The translations under genes were made by a program, and so were the position numbers. The notes beneath the pieces are model-generated. The model was not told the DNA's origin and ran no database searches. It saw only the letters and a list, made by a program, of their open reading frames with translations. A stretch of DNA of 61,522 nucleotides, the filler included. It is 8 parts of 8 records of this genome, joined end to end, with 100 filler letters (N's around TTAATTAATTAA, not from the genome) between each part and the next. Parts side by side here need not be neighbours in the genome. Positions count along the whole stretch, not along the records: positions 1 to 6,692 come from SRR31147125_54465; positions 6,793 to 13,114 come from SRR31147125_54470; 6 more parts are not named here. The stretch is one strand, 5' to 3'. Positions 1 through 9,813 of this stretch are shown here, piece by piece. Positions within the stretch are counted from its first letter, which is position 1, and the number at the start of each line of letters is the position of its first letter.

Positions 1-184
1 TTTTTTGTTTAGCTGAAAAATATACAGTTAATAACGGGTAGTTTTTATCAGTTCGATACGGATTTTTTTCAGTTTATAGGTGGTATTCTTCCGAAACGCC
101 TGTAATCCACATTTTAGTGAATCCCATATATCATAGAATTGTAAGAACAAGTCGTAAACAAGTATAGAACAGGAGGAAGCAGAG

Positions 185-661
185 ATGAAAGCGGAAGTAA
201 TTAATGATGTATTGGTAATTGACGGGGTTGAGCAAGTGTATTCAGACAAGGAGATTAAACTTGAAGTTGAAAAGAATAGTGAAATGATAATGGAATTTAT
301 TAAGAAAGTCGAGCGGACATACGCAGATGGTGGATTATTGAATTACTATGAAAGAATTAAAGTATATTTTGATATTGATACTTGTGATTTATGTGAGTTA
401 AGACCAGAACAAGGATTTTCAATGGAAAAAGTTGAGAAGTTTAAACGAGGTATTATAGTTGAAGTATCTGATTTAGAATCTGGTAGTTTGAGGGATATGG
501 CAGAGGATGGGGTGATTAGTTCTACTGATGTAGAAAAAGGAAGTGATGAATTTGAGGAAATGGTTCGAGATTATGTCAGTTCACATATCGAAGATTGTAC
601 GGATATTTGCTTGATAACTAATTTAGAACGTTATGAAATGAGGTTGTTAATGAGTTATTGA
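185..661 (+). CDS. hypothetical protein, acidic (158 aa)
   Basis: ORF with AGGAGG Shine-Dalgarno upstream; no recognisable motif. Confidence 0.7.
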   Translation: MKAEVINDVLVIDGVEQVYSDKEIKLEVEKNSEMIMEFIKKVERTYADGGLLNYYERIKVYFDIDTCDLCELRPEQGFSMEKVEKFKRGIIVEVSDLESGSLRDMAEDGVISSTDVEKGSDEFEEMVRDYVSSHIEDCTDICLITNLERYEMRLLMSY

Positions 662-680
662 TTACTAAGGTAATCAATTG

Positions 681-718
681 GACAATTGTCGTATCATTAC
701 AGTTATATGACAATTGTT
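681..718 (+). terminator. stem-loop after first gene
   Basis: GACAATTGTCGTAT ... ATATGACAATTGTT inverted repeat with G-U pairs, 20 nt after stop. Confidence 0.4.
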
Positions 719-891
719 CATTTGATAGTAAAGAGTTTAAAATAGGGTGATTAAAGGAAAACAGCAATCATGAATTGTGATATAAGGCAGTAATTGCAAC
801 ACTTAGATTGGGAAGTTGACATTTGGGAAAAAGTACATCACAGGTTAGTATGGGGATAGGAGTTAGATAAGGTAAATAGAGAGGTGAAAAA

Positions 892-1221
892 ATGTATAAG
901 AAAAAAATGAATAGTAAAGTATATGCGAAAAAATATATTAGCAAGGAAAATGCTAATTATCTAGATAGAGTGGCGTCACGGTTATATCGGCGAGGATACT
1001 CAGTAGAGCAAATATCTGATGATTATGGGGTATCAATCGAGGAAACCTTGAGGTCAATGACGAGGTTAGAAATTGAAGATGTTAGATTTCTGTTAGATAA
1101 CAATTGGATGCCATTTGTTATCGCAGACTTACACTCTAAAGTAATAATTGATAGAGCTATAAAAGATTGCGAAGGGATTTCAAATGCTTGGTTAGAGTTG
1201 ATAGATAAACATACACATTAA
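892..1221 (+). CDS. hypothetical protein (possible HTH-like segment GYSVEQISDDYGVS)
   Basis: ORF with GAGGTG SD. Confidence 0.65.
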   Translation: MYKKKMNSKVYAKKYISKENANYLDRVASRLYRRGYSVEQISDDYGVSIEETLRSMTRLEIEDVRFLLDNNWMPFVIADLHSKVIIDRAIKDCEGISNAWLELIDKHTH

Positions 1222-1253
1222 CTCCGAGTAGCTGATATTTAGGATGTGAGATT

Positions 1254-2072
1254 ATGACTGTAAAAGAGACGATGACTATGCTATTTCCTTCACTCAGAGA
1301 AGTAGCTATATGTGAGTATAAGGATGATAAAAACAAGTTGGAAGCTCTAATGAAGAAGCTTATGAAAAGACTGAAATCAGTTAGTAAGCAACTTGAAAAG
1401 AGAGTAGCAATTAATTCGGGAGGGATTAGAACGAGGTACTGTATGGAGTACTTTTATTCTGGTAAGAATGAAGTACAGGGTGAAATCTATAATCTTGTAT
1501 TGAATGACTACCAACGTGTGATGCTTTTGGTTAAAGAAGCAAAGGAAAATAAAAGCACAAGCCGTAGGGAACGTAGACAACGCAGGAAAAACATAGAGTT
1601 ACTAGAGTATGATTTAATGTTACTAGATGTAATTGACAGTAAGAGAAATACTGTATTGGATATAGAGATACTTCGTGTAGATGATGAAAAAGCTCAAAAC
1701 ATCCATAAGCAACTGTTAGCTCTAGAGATTTTGATAGGGATAACAGCAATTTGTACAGAGGATATTAATGAAGAGCTAATGTATAAAGTAAAAGGTTTAG
1801 AACAATGGTTGAGAAAAGTTGAATGGCATCATAGAGAGGGAAGCACAGAGCAATTGCAGACGTTCAACATACTTGATTTGAATGTTGCAGTTAGAGATTA
1901 TGACATGGAGATTTACAAGCTTGCAGAGAAGGCTCAAGTTACCAATGTGAAAAAGTTGATTAAAATGCTTAGGCTTGCAATTGATGGAGAACTAACTGTA
2001 AGGACACCTTTTCAAATTACAGATTTAGATGTAGATAAAAGAGAGTTGATTCAATCGTTGTTCTATTTATAG
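1254..2072 (+). CDS. hypothetical helical/coiled-coil protein (272 aa)
   Basis: long ORF in AT-rich DNA, co-oriented with neighbours. Confidence 0.7.
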   Translation: MTVKETMTMLFPSLREVAICEYKDDKNKLEALMKKLMKRLKSVSKQLEKRVAINSGGIRTRYCMEYFYSGKNEVQGEIYNLVLNDYQRVMLLVKEAKENKSTSRRERRQRRKNIELLEYDLMLLDVIDSKRNTVLDIEILRVDDEKAQNIHKQLLALEILIGITAICTEDINEELMYKVKGLEQWLRKVEWHHREGSTEQLQTFNILDLNVAVRDYDMEIYKLAEKAQVTNVKKLIKMLRLAIDGELTVRTPFQITDLDVDKRELIQSLFYL

Positions 2073-2410
2073 GCTAAGCATAATTAAGCCTAAATGGTTC
2101 AGATGTAATTTTGGTGGATTTCTGATCAGGTTAGGCAATCTGCTTATTTCAAAAATTGTACCTATTGTAATAGTTAAGAGAACATACAACACTAAAGGGT
2201 AAGGGGAATAACTTTAGGACAGTATTAGAACTAAAAATTGCACATATCTGTGGCAAGTATTAGTAAGGTCAAATTCAATAATATTAGGGGTTACAGGATG
2301 CTGTTTGAATGTATTAAGATGAGCCGAAAAATTAGTAACCCTTAAATCTAGCAATAACACTGTTTGAACAAGAAATACAGAAAAAAAGCTATAGTAAAGT
2401 TAAAAAGTGG

Positions 2411-3103
2411 GTGAGTATTGTGGGGAGAAGCAAAAACATATTTAAAGACGTTGAGAATTGCATTCTAGATACAAAGTATGCAATTAAGCGTAATGGTGAT
2501 AAAGAACAACATAGTATGCTGAAAAAAAGATTGGAAGCACTGTTAGAAGTTAAGGGGTATATCGACAGCTATAAATGGATGGCAAAGAAAAAATCCGTTG
2601 ACCAGCTTAAATATATAAGAGAAGCAAAGTATGATTACAAGTTAATAAGAGAAAATTTAGGTATGGATGATAGAACTTTGAGAAACTTTATGAACTACTG
2701 TTCAAGACGCTTAAAGTCTAAGATTGGAGCAAGTACTGTGGACTTGATAATGGAAGATAAGGTAATGCTAGCATTGGTTCAATATAGAGCATTGTCAGGG
2801 ACGTATAGCTTGGATAAGATGATTCGAGAAGATACTATGAGCAAGTTGCCAAAAGCGAAATTTGAACCATCTGCATTAGCTGATTGCAAGAAAGAAATAA
2901 CCTTCCTATACAGAAATACTAATAGTTTAAGAGACTTGATGTATAAAGACCTTGATGTGGGTAAACTAGCATTTTTAAGATATATTATTGAAGAAGATAC
3001 TGATAAGTACAATTATGTTAAACAAGAACTGGTGGGTTTATTGTTAGGTGAGAATGGTCATATTAAAGATTTTTTGAGCCGAATTGATGAGATGGAGGTG
3101 TAG
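2411..3103 (+). CDS. hypothetical basic protein (230 aa)
   Basis: long ORF with GTG start; next gene begins 3 nt after stop. Confidence 0.7.
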   Translation: MSIVGRSKNIFKDVENCILDTKYAIKRNGDKEQHSMLKKRLEALLEVKGYIDSYKWMAKKKSVDQLKYIREAKYDYKLIRENLGMDDRTLRNFMNYCSRRLKSKIGASTVDLIMEDKVMLALVQYRALSGTYSLDKMIREDTMSKLPKAKFEPSALADCKKEITFLYRNTNSLRDLMYKDLDVGKLAFLRYIIEEDTDKYNYVKQELVGLLLGENGHIKDFLSRIDEMEV

Positions 3104-3105
3104 TT

Positions 3106-3363
3106 GTGTCTGATGCATATAAAGCCTTAGAGGGTATCTTAAATGTTGAAACATTAGATTCTAATGTTGAAGAAACGAAGTTTAGGATTAAATGCGCTAC
3201 TCCTACAATCAAGAGTTTGACTTCAGCATACATAATAAGTAAGGCAAACACATTGAAGTGTAATGGAAAGTTATATAAGGCGAGCAGACCTGATTGGAAG
3301 TTAGAGGATGAGACTACGATAATTCTTCAATACAAAGATATAGAATTGATGAGAGGCAAGTAG
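3106..3363 (+). CDS. hypothetical protein (85 aa)
   Basis: GGAGGT SD overlapping upstream stop; followed by hairpin GCAAGTAGAT..ATTTACTTGC and T-run. Confidence 0.6.
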   Translation: MSDAYKALEGILNVETLDSNVEETKFRIKCATPTIKSLTSAYIISKANTLKCNGKLYKASRPDWKLEDETTIILQYKDIELMRGK

Positions 3364-3901
3364 ATTACTAATTTACTTGCTTTTATTATGAAAAAGTTGA
3401 GGGTTCGCTTAAAAAGGATTTGCATTCAAGTGTATGACTTTTAGGTATGAGATTTCTATATCAGATTTTGTTATCATATTTTTTCAGTGAAAAAGTCATT
3501 GAAATAAGTGGGGTTATTATTAGAACAATTGAAGAAAAAGTATCAATGTATGACATTCTATTGTAGGTGCTATTTGCTGTCATCGAGTTGTTATTACAGT
3601 ACGAGCAAGATAAGGAATGACAAGTGAGTATTTATTAAGTCTGTTATAAAGCATAACGGACAATTGATTATATAAATTTCTTGGACATAAATTATAAAAG
3701 AATTGACTAGTTATCTAAAATAAATGGCACCTTATGGTTGGAAAATAACAGTTGTTATAAAAGTAGTGAGACTTATTTCAAAAGAGTGGACATTCAATGA
3801 CGTTAATGGACATAAAAGTCGTGTTTTCGACAGAAAATTTCGTTTAATGGACAGTAAGCTCTATATTCAGTGTGGGGAAAGTATAGAGAGGAGTTGGGGA
3901 T

Positions 3902-4168
3902 ATGAATAATCAGAAGTATGAATCCGTTAGGTTGCAATTTGATGAACCAGAGTTGATTGACAGAGTATTATACTTGTTTGGCAAAAGCACAAGTTATATA
4001 GACTTGAAGCTAAATGTAAACCTGGATGGGAGCGCCACTTTGGAGATTGGAACTTATATTGATGATAAAGAAGATGTGTATCCAATGGATGCTACAGGGT
4101 TAAAGGAATGTAGGTTAACAAATGAGCAGTTATTAGAGAGATTGATTGAGATGAGGAAGGAAGTATAG
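3902..4168 (+). CDS. hypothetical protein (88 aa)
   Basis: ORF with purine-rich SD; tightly coupled to 4171. Confidence 0.65.
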   Translation: MNNQKYESVRLQFDEPELIDRVLYLFGKSTSYIDLKLNVNLDGSATLEIGTYIDDKEDVYPMDATGLKECRLTNEQLLERLIEMRKEV

Positions 4169-4170
4169 CA

Positions 4171-4995
4171 ATGATTTTGAATAACATGTTAAGGGTAGAG
4201 TTGAGTGCTGAGAATATGAGTAGATTAAGAGCTGTTATTTTTGCTAAAGATGTTGAAGCTAATAGAGACTCAGAAATGGGAAAATCAATATCAATAAAGC
4301 TTGATGTGATTAATACTGGGCTTAGAGTTAGTAGAGGGGTAGTGGATTTGCATACAGTATTGAGTTTGGATAAGGCTACTCAAATAAAGATACAACGCTG
4401 TTTGAGTGAATCTTTTGGAATGAGCGATACTTATATTGAGGATAATCAATTGGTTATTTGCACAGTCGTAGGAGATAAAAGTCATACAAATAATGATGGG
4501 TATTCATTATTTAGGCTTGATAAAAGTGATATATCTTTGTTAAAAAATGGGTGTAGCATCAATTCCAGCACAGAGAAAAGGATAGAAGAAGTTGCAGAGC
4601 TATTAGTATTTCTTTCTGAGGAGGATGTCGATGCACTATTGAAGCTACGAGAGAGGGTACAGCTAGATGACATCAGGAAGAATAATTATAGTACTGGTAG
4701 AGTTAGACTAACCCTTAAAGTTACTGAGAATAGATTAATTTTGGGGAGAAATGATACAGCTTATGAGGTTCATATCAGAATACCTAAGTTTATTTCAGAG
4801 CATCTAGAAGCAATATGGAAAACAGGGCGAGTTGAGTTAGTTGAAGCTAAAATTGCTGACTCTGAAGAGTTGATGTTTATTAAGGTGATGTCTAACATGG
4901 ATTACAAGTCTGACTGTATTTTAAGTACTTTTGCAGAAGATTGGGATTTCGAAATCAACTTGGGTAAAACAATGGATTTTGAGGTGACAATTTAG
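4171..4995 (+). CDS. hypothetical protein (274 aa), possibly two repeated domains
   Basis: long ORF; two weakly similar halves. Confidence 0.7.
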   Translation: MILNNMLRVELSAENMSRLRAVIFAKDVEANRDSEMGKSISIKLDVINTGLRVSRGVVDLHTVLSLDKATQIKIQRCLSESFGMSDTYIEDNQLVICTVVGDKSHTNNDGYSLFRLDKSDISLLKNGCSINSSTEKRIEEVAELLVFLSEEDVDALLKLRERVQLDDIRKNNYSTGRVRLTLKVTENRLILGRNDTAYEVHIRIPKFISEHLEAIWKTGRVELVEAKIADSEELMFIKVMSNMDYKSDCILSTFAEDWDFEINLGKTMDFEVTI

Positions 4996-5046
4996 ATTAA
5001 TGCTTGGGTGCATATGCACCCTTGTTTTATCATCGGAGGGCAGAAT

Positions 5047-5307
5047 ATGAGTGGTAGGTACTATGGAAGGTTTGAAGTAGATACTTTGGTTGAAGATATT
5101 TCAAAGGGTGATGTATTGGTTGTTGGAAGCGTTGTGGACCTTGAAAAAAGTAATGATTTTTCTAGTTTGCTCAATCAGTTAAAGCTAATTGAAGATAAAG
5201 GTGGACTGATACAAAGCTACAATGAGCCATGCTTGTCCGGAAAGACGTATTCAATATTATGTGATTCGCTGGCGGTTCTACAATTCTATAGAGATATTAA
5301 AGAGTAG
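5047..5307 (+). CDS. hypothetical protein (86 aa)
   Basis: ATG at 5047 has GGAGGG SD, better than the ORF-track start at 5008. Confidence 0.6.
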   Translation: MSGRYYGRFEVDTLVEDISKGDVLVVGSVVDLEKSNDFSSLLNQLKLIEDKGGLIQSYNEPCLSGKTYSILCDSLAVLQFYRDIKE

Positions 5308-5314
5308 AAAAAGT

Positions 5315-5346
5315 ATTATCGTATTCTGTTAATGGAATACGATAAT
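5315..5346 (+). terminator. stem-loop
   Basis: perfect 12-bp inverted repeat ATTATCGTATTC-N8-GAATACGATAAT just after the 5307 stop. Confidence 0.5.
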
Positions 5347-5459
5347 TTCTAACATAACTTAGTTTGCCTAATACCATTAGTTAAGGATTTTGAATAAATG
5401 ATAATACATAAATGAAATTAGGATAATTTGAAGAAAGAGAGTGACAAAGGGGTGATATT

Positions 5460-6038
5460 ATGAATAAAACCACAAGAGCCATAACAGTATCTGAGTTGAA
5501 GTCTATGGTGGAACTTGCAAGAACAGGATTTGAGTTGAACGGAGTTAGGCATCGACCCCATCATAAAGTGGAGGCAATAATGATACTTCAATTTAATTTA
5601 GGATTGAGATTAGGGGATTTACTAGCCTTAAAACTAAGTGATATAGTCCGTGATGGTGAAAGATATAGACTGAATATAGTGGAAGAAAAGACAGGGAGAC
5701 GTAGAGAGTTTACGGTACCTGAACGTGTGATGAATTATATCCAATCATATGCATTAGCCTATGGTATTAGTCCTGATAGTAGATTGTTTGAGATTACTAG
5801 CCGTTCAGTGCAAAGATACATTAAATGCATTGCGGATAAGTTAGGGTATCAGTCGATTGGGTCGCATTCAGCGAGAAAGGGATATGCCACTGAAATTTAC
5901 AATAACAATGGAAAAGATATTATGCTCGTGAAGCAGTTATTACAGCATTCAAGCGCTTCTACGACTCAGCGATACATCAAGTTAAGTACAGAATATGTAG
6001 AGAGAGCTATTGATGAACACGTGAACTTAATAGATTAG
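5460..6038 (+). CDS. tyrosine recombinase/integrase, catalytic domain only (192 aa)
   Basis: catalytic set visible: GLRLGDL (R), EEKTG (K), SHSARK (HxxR), LLQHSS (H), TQRYI (Y). Confidence 0.92.
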   Translation: MNKTTRAITVSELKSMVELARTGFELNGVRHRPHHKVEAIMILQFNLGLRLGDLLALKLSDIVRDGERYRLNIVEEKTGRRREFTVPERVMNYIQSYALAYGISPDSRLFEITSRSVQRYIKCIADKLGYQSIGSHSARKGYATEIYNNNGKDIMLVKQLLQHSSASTTQRYIKLSTEYVERAIDEHVNLID

Positions 6039-6055
6039 TGGAAGGAGAATGAACC

Positions 6056-6244
6056 ATGAGATTAGATGTAAAAGTAGATAGAATTGATGGTGTTGCAAAA
6101 TACAATGTTGAGTTGCATGGTGACATTGACCCAGCTTTAGTTGAAATGCTAGAGGCCATTGGGATTAGTAATTTTCACAGGTTATCTTTAGATGTTTTGA
6201 CATGGACTTGGAAAGCTGAGGCTAGTACAACATTATATGATTAA
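6056..6244 (+). CDS. hypothetical protein (62 aa)
   Basis: AAGGAG SD; directly after recombinase. Confidence 0.55.
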   Translation: MRLDVKVDRIDGVAKYNVELHGDIDPALVEMLEAIGISNFHRLSLDVLTWTWKAEASTTLYD

Positions 6245-6280
6245 AATGGAGATAAGAGTTTATGGATAAGAAGAACGTAT

Positions 6281-6310
6281 AAGAACCCGATCACGTGTGA
6301 TCGGGTTCTT
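6281..6310. terminator. perfect palindrome, likely terminator
   Basis: AAGAACCCGATCAC-GT-GTGATCGGGTTCTT, 14-bp arms. Confidence 0.6.
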
Positions 6311-6692
6311 GATTTTATAAATTAAGTCTAATTTTCAGAAAAAGTTCCTCTGATGTACTAATAATAAGAAATGAGATGCGTGTCAAAAATATGAGTGTAT
6401 GCAAATCATCAAAGTTAGTAATAACAGCAGTTTTCTAAGTTTGAGGCAACGTAATTACACCTTTTATTTTAAGTTAGTGAGGCTCATCTTATAAAGAGAT
6501 TGAATTTTTCTCTTAGGTTTTAGTCAGCTAGATTTTGCTTATGTGAGGTCTGTTCCTTTAATGGTCATCAAGGACAATGTCACGTAGTAGCTGAAGCTCT
6601 TTTATTAAACCTTGAAGTTTTAAATGAGCAGGGTCATACCAGTCATTATAAGCAGTTGAATGCTGGGCTTCAATTCTACCTTTAATACTTTT

Positions 6693-6792
6693 NNNNNNNN
6701 NNNNNNNNNNNNNNNNNNNNNNNNNNNNNNNNNNNNTTAATTAATTAANNNNNNNNNNNNNNNNNNNNNNNNNNNNNNNNNNNNNNNNNNNN
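6693..6792. other. artificial contig spacer
   Basis: N44-TTAATTAATTAA-N44; stop codons in all six frames. Confidence 0.99.
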
Positions 6793-6882
6793 GCCTTCGC
6801 CGTACACCATGTCAGCTTCGCACTTATCGAATTCGGTTGCGGCGGCCAGCATGCCTTTGTATATAACGGACAGCTCACTCAT
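6793..6882 (-). CDS. 5' fragment of a probable second uracil-DNA glycosylase family protein
   Basis: [30 protein letters not shown]; ends in the V-x-GEG motif; ATG overlaps the end of the upstream gene; cut by contig edge. Confidence 0.5.
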
Positions 6883-7447
6883 GACCGTTCCTTGTCAGCT
6901 GGTCGTATCTGGCGCGGATCTTTAATAGGTCCTGATACGATTCGCGTTTGAGGTTTTCGTTTCTGAGCAGCGCGGCGGGGTGGTACGTCGGCAGAATATC
7001 GAAGCCTTTTACTTCGTGCCAGACACCGCGGTCGCGCGTGATGCGAATGTTTGGGTCGATGATGTATTGTGCCGATATACGCCCGAGGCAGACGAGGATA
7101 TTCGGGCGGATGAGAGCCACTTGCGCGCGCAGATAGCCGATGCATGCCATCGCTTCGCTCGGCTGAGGGTCGCGGTTGCCGGGCGGTCGGCATTTGAGGA
7201 TGTTGGCGATGTAGACGTCGTTGCGGGAAAGTTCGATACTAGCGAGCATCTTGTCGAGCAGTTGACCCGCTTTGCCGACAAACGGGCGAGCAAGCTTGTC
7301 CTCGTCCCTGCCGGGGCCTTCGCCGATGAGCATGATGCGCGCGCGGGGGTTGCCTTCGCCGAGCACGGTGTGGGTGCGTGTCTCATAAAGCGGGCATTTT
7401 TTGCAGTTTTCGACGTCGCTGCGCAATGTGTGTAAATCCGTATACAT
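6875..7447 (-). CDS. udg: family 4 uracil-DNA glycosylase (Fe-S)
   Basis: CxxC (CKKCPL), [31 protein letters not shown] motifs. Confidence 0.93.
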   Translation of the reverse strand: MYTDLHTLRSDVENCKKCPLYETRTHTVLGEGNPRARIMLIGEGPGRDEDKLARPFVGKAGQLLDKMLASIELSRNDVYIANILKCRPPGNRDPQPSEAMACIGYLRAQVALIRPNILVCLGRISAQYIIDPNIRITRDRGVWHEVKGFDILPTYHPAALLRNENLKRESYQDLLKIRARYDQLTRNGHE

Positions 7448-7659
7448 ATGGGTATTATACCAGAGCGGCGAAGGCGGCTCAACCGCTATATGCGGATACG
7501 GCGGGCAAAAAGCAAAGAAATACAGGTATGAATTTTAACGGTTATCGTTTATAATAATGATAATCGTTCATAATAAAAGTATATATATAGCGTCACGGCG
7601 GATGCGCGACGGCAGAGCGTTTTGGCATCGTGGTGACGGATAGTAAAGGGCGGTTTATC

Positions 7660-8493
7660 TTGGAGAAAATATACGACGCAATTTTAAATAGCATAGCTGA
7701 TTTTAGCATTATCGATATTATCGACATCGCGCTGCTTGCGTTTGTGATTTATTGGCTGCTAAAGCTTACTGCGAAGACGCGCGCTATACAGGTGCTAAAA
7801 GGCCTTGGCATGGTATTGCTTGCGACGTGGATCACCGAGTTTTTAGGGCTCGTTGGTATTACTTGGCTGCTTAAATACGTATTGACCGCCGGTGCTCTGG
7901 TTATCGTAATCATCTTTCAGCCCGAGCTGCGGCGCGCGCTTGCCAAGATCGGACGAGGGCGAATCGATCTCGTTTCGCCGCAAAACGCGTTGGCGCAAGA
8001 GAATGTAGATAATATCCTGCGCGCCGTTTTAAGCCTTTCCAAAGGCAGAGTCGGTGCGCTTATAGTGTTTGAACGTGGGACGGGGCTTAAGGATGTGATC
8101 GAGAGCGGGACGCATCTTGGCGCGGAGATATCATCCGAGTTGCTTGAGAACCTGTTTTACAATGGTTCTCCACTGCACGATGGGGCAGTCATTATCCGTG
8201 AAGGCGCGATCGAGGTGGCGGGCTGCTTTTTGCCATTGAGTGACAACAAGCAGATCGGGCAGGAGCTCGGTACAAGGCACCGTGCGGCGCTGGGGGTTTC
8301 AGAAGTCAGTGACAGCATTACGTTCGTTGTGTCCGAAGAAACAGGTGTGATTTCCGTCGCGCAGGACGGCGGGCTGATCCGCTATCTTGACAGCAAAGCG
8401 ATCAAAGACATCTTAGAGGATATATACATGATTAAACAGGCGTCCAAAAGCAAGGGCATCCGCCTCAAGAGAAAGGGGCGTGACGGGCAATGA
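7660..8493 (+). CDS. cdaA: diadenylate cyclase
   Basis: three N-terminal TM segments, FQPELRR, LHDGA and GTRHRAA motifs; TTG start at 7660 preferred. Confidence 0.95.
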   Translation: MEKIYDAILNSIADFSIIDIIDIALLAFVIYWLLKLTAKTRAIQVLKGLGMVLLATWITEFLGLVGITWLLKYVLTAGALVIVIIFQPELRRALAKIGRGRIDLVSPQNALAQENVDNILRAVLSLSKGRVGALIVFERGTGLKDVIESGTHLGAEISSELLENLFYNGSPLHDGAVIIREGAIEVAGCFLPLSDNKQIGQELGTRHRAALGVSEVSDSITFVVSEETGVISVAQDGGLIRYLDSKAIKDILEDIYMIKQASKSKGIRLKRKGRDGQ

Positions 8494-9749
8494 GGAAAGT
8501 GCTATCCGTTATCTGGAAAATGATTAAAAGCAACTGGGTTTTAAAGATTATGGCGCTGCTTTTTGCGGTCATCTTGTGGAGCTATGTACTTGCGGAGACC
8601 AACCCGGTAAGAGAACGCGTGGTGAAAGACGTCGTTGTTCAAAGCGAAAATCTTGACGAATTGACTGCGAAGGATCTTGTAATCTCTGGCGGCAGCCTAA
8701 CGGATATTCTGGGTACGGTGGATGTTCCGGTTAAAGTAAATCAGAATGAAACCTCGTATTTGAACAAAGAGAACGTGGAAGCATATGTTGACCTTTCATC
8801 TATAAATGGTGAAGGTGAGCATAAGGTCGAAATCCAAACATACTCGCAATATGGCGAGGCACTTGACCCCAACCCAAAATATATAACGCTCAATATTGAT
8901 AAATACGACAGCAATACCGTACCGGTTGATGTGAATGTGGTAGGCAGCGTACCCGAAGGGTATTATGCGGAAGAGCCAGAGGTGATGACAGATGTGGTTA
9001 CGATTGAAGGCGCACTTACCGATGTGGAAAAGGTGGTTCGTGCCGAATGCAATATCGACTTAACCGGTTTGACAGAGAGATATAACCAAAGTGTTGATGT
9101 TGTGCTGTATGACAGCGATGGCAATGTGATAGACTCCAGTCTGTTTGCGGATAGTGTTCCGTCGGTTATCGTTACGGTTGACGTGCTTGCGATGAAGACG
9201 GTGGAGGTTAGCGTTGAAGGCGCGGTGCTCGGGCAGGAAGAACTTGCATCCGGCTATGAGGTTACAGACATCACTGTTGAGCCGGAGACGGTACAGATCG
9301 TCGGTGAGCAGGAGGTGCTGGACGGCATTGAGTTAGTCGGCCTTGTTCCGATAAGCGTTAACAACGCCTACGAGGATATCATTACGCTGCTGGAATATCA
9401 GGAGATCGACGGGGTGAGCATTCTTGGCGAAGACAAAGCACAGGTGTCCGTCACCATTCGCGAGATAACCGAATCCAAGGAGTTTGGCGATGTACCCATA
9501 ACCGTGAAGAACGTATCGGCAGGCCTGCTTGTGGAAATCGAGCCCGAAGATATCGACGTAACCGTCATTGCGGGCGTTAATAAGCTGCCATCGCTTGACA
9601 AGGCGAATATCGTACCGTATGTCGACCTCGAAGGATTGGAGGAGGGCGTCTATAATCTAAGCGTACTGTTCGAAGTGCCCGAAGGCTTCGCGGCAGAGAA
9701 CTTTACGCCCGAGACTAGTACGGTAACTGTAACGATAACGGAAGAATAA
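8490..9749 (+). CDS. cdaR: YbbR-domain regulator of CdaA
   Basis: ATGA overlap with cdaA, single N-terminal TM, repeated acidic beta-rich YbbR-like domains. Confidence 0.88.
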   Translation: MRKVLSVIWKMIKSNWVLKIMALLFAVILWSYVLAETNPVRERVVKDVVVQSENLDELTAKDLVISGGSLTDILGTVDVPVKVNQNETSYLNKENVEAYVDLSSINGEGEHKVEIQTYSQYGEALDPNPKYITLNIDKYDSNTVPVDVNVVGSVPEGYYAEEPEVMTDVVTIEGALTDVEKVVRAECNIDLTGLTERYNQSVDVVLYDSDGNVIDSSLFADSVPSVIVTVDVLAMKTVEVSVEGAVLGQEELASGYEVTDITVEPETVQIVGEQEVLDGIELVGLVPISVNNAYEDIITLLEYQEIDGVSILGEDKAQVSVTIREITESKEFGDVPITVKNVSAGLLVEIEPEDIDVTVIAGVNKLPSLDKANIVPYVDLEGLEEGVYNLSVLFEVPEGFAAENFTPETSTVTVTITEE

Positions 9750-9767
9750 CGTGACAAAAATGAAAGC

Positions 9768-9798
9768 AAGAGACGGTAAGTAGTTGCCGTCTCTTTTT
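9768..9798 (+). terminator. intrinsic terminator after cdaR
   Basis: AAGAGACGGTAA-GTAG-TTGCCGTCTCTT followed by T-run. Confidence 0.7.
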
Positions 9799-9813
9799 AA
9801 AGAAAGGAAAACC

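Noticed and set aside
1-6692. Integron-like cassette array around the tyrosine recombinase
   Set aside because: The intergenic hairpins share no sequence, I found no attC-like boxes, and the recombinase is too short for IntI
6879-7482. Overlapping alternative ORFs over udg, and similar shadow ORFs throughout the GC-rich contigs 2 and 8
   Set aside because: No motifs; expected in GC-rich coding DNA and overlapping well-supported genes
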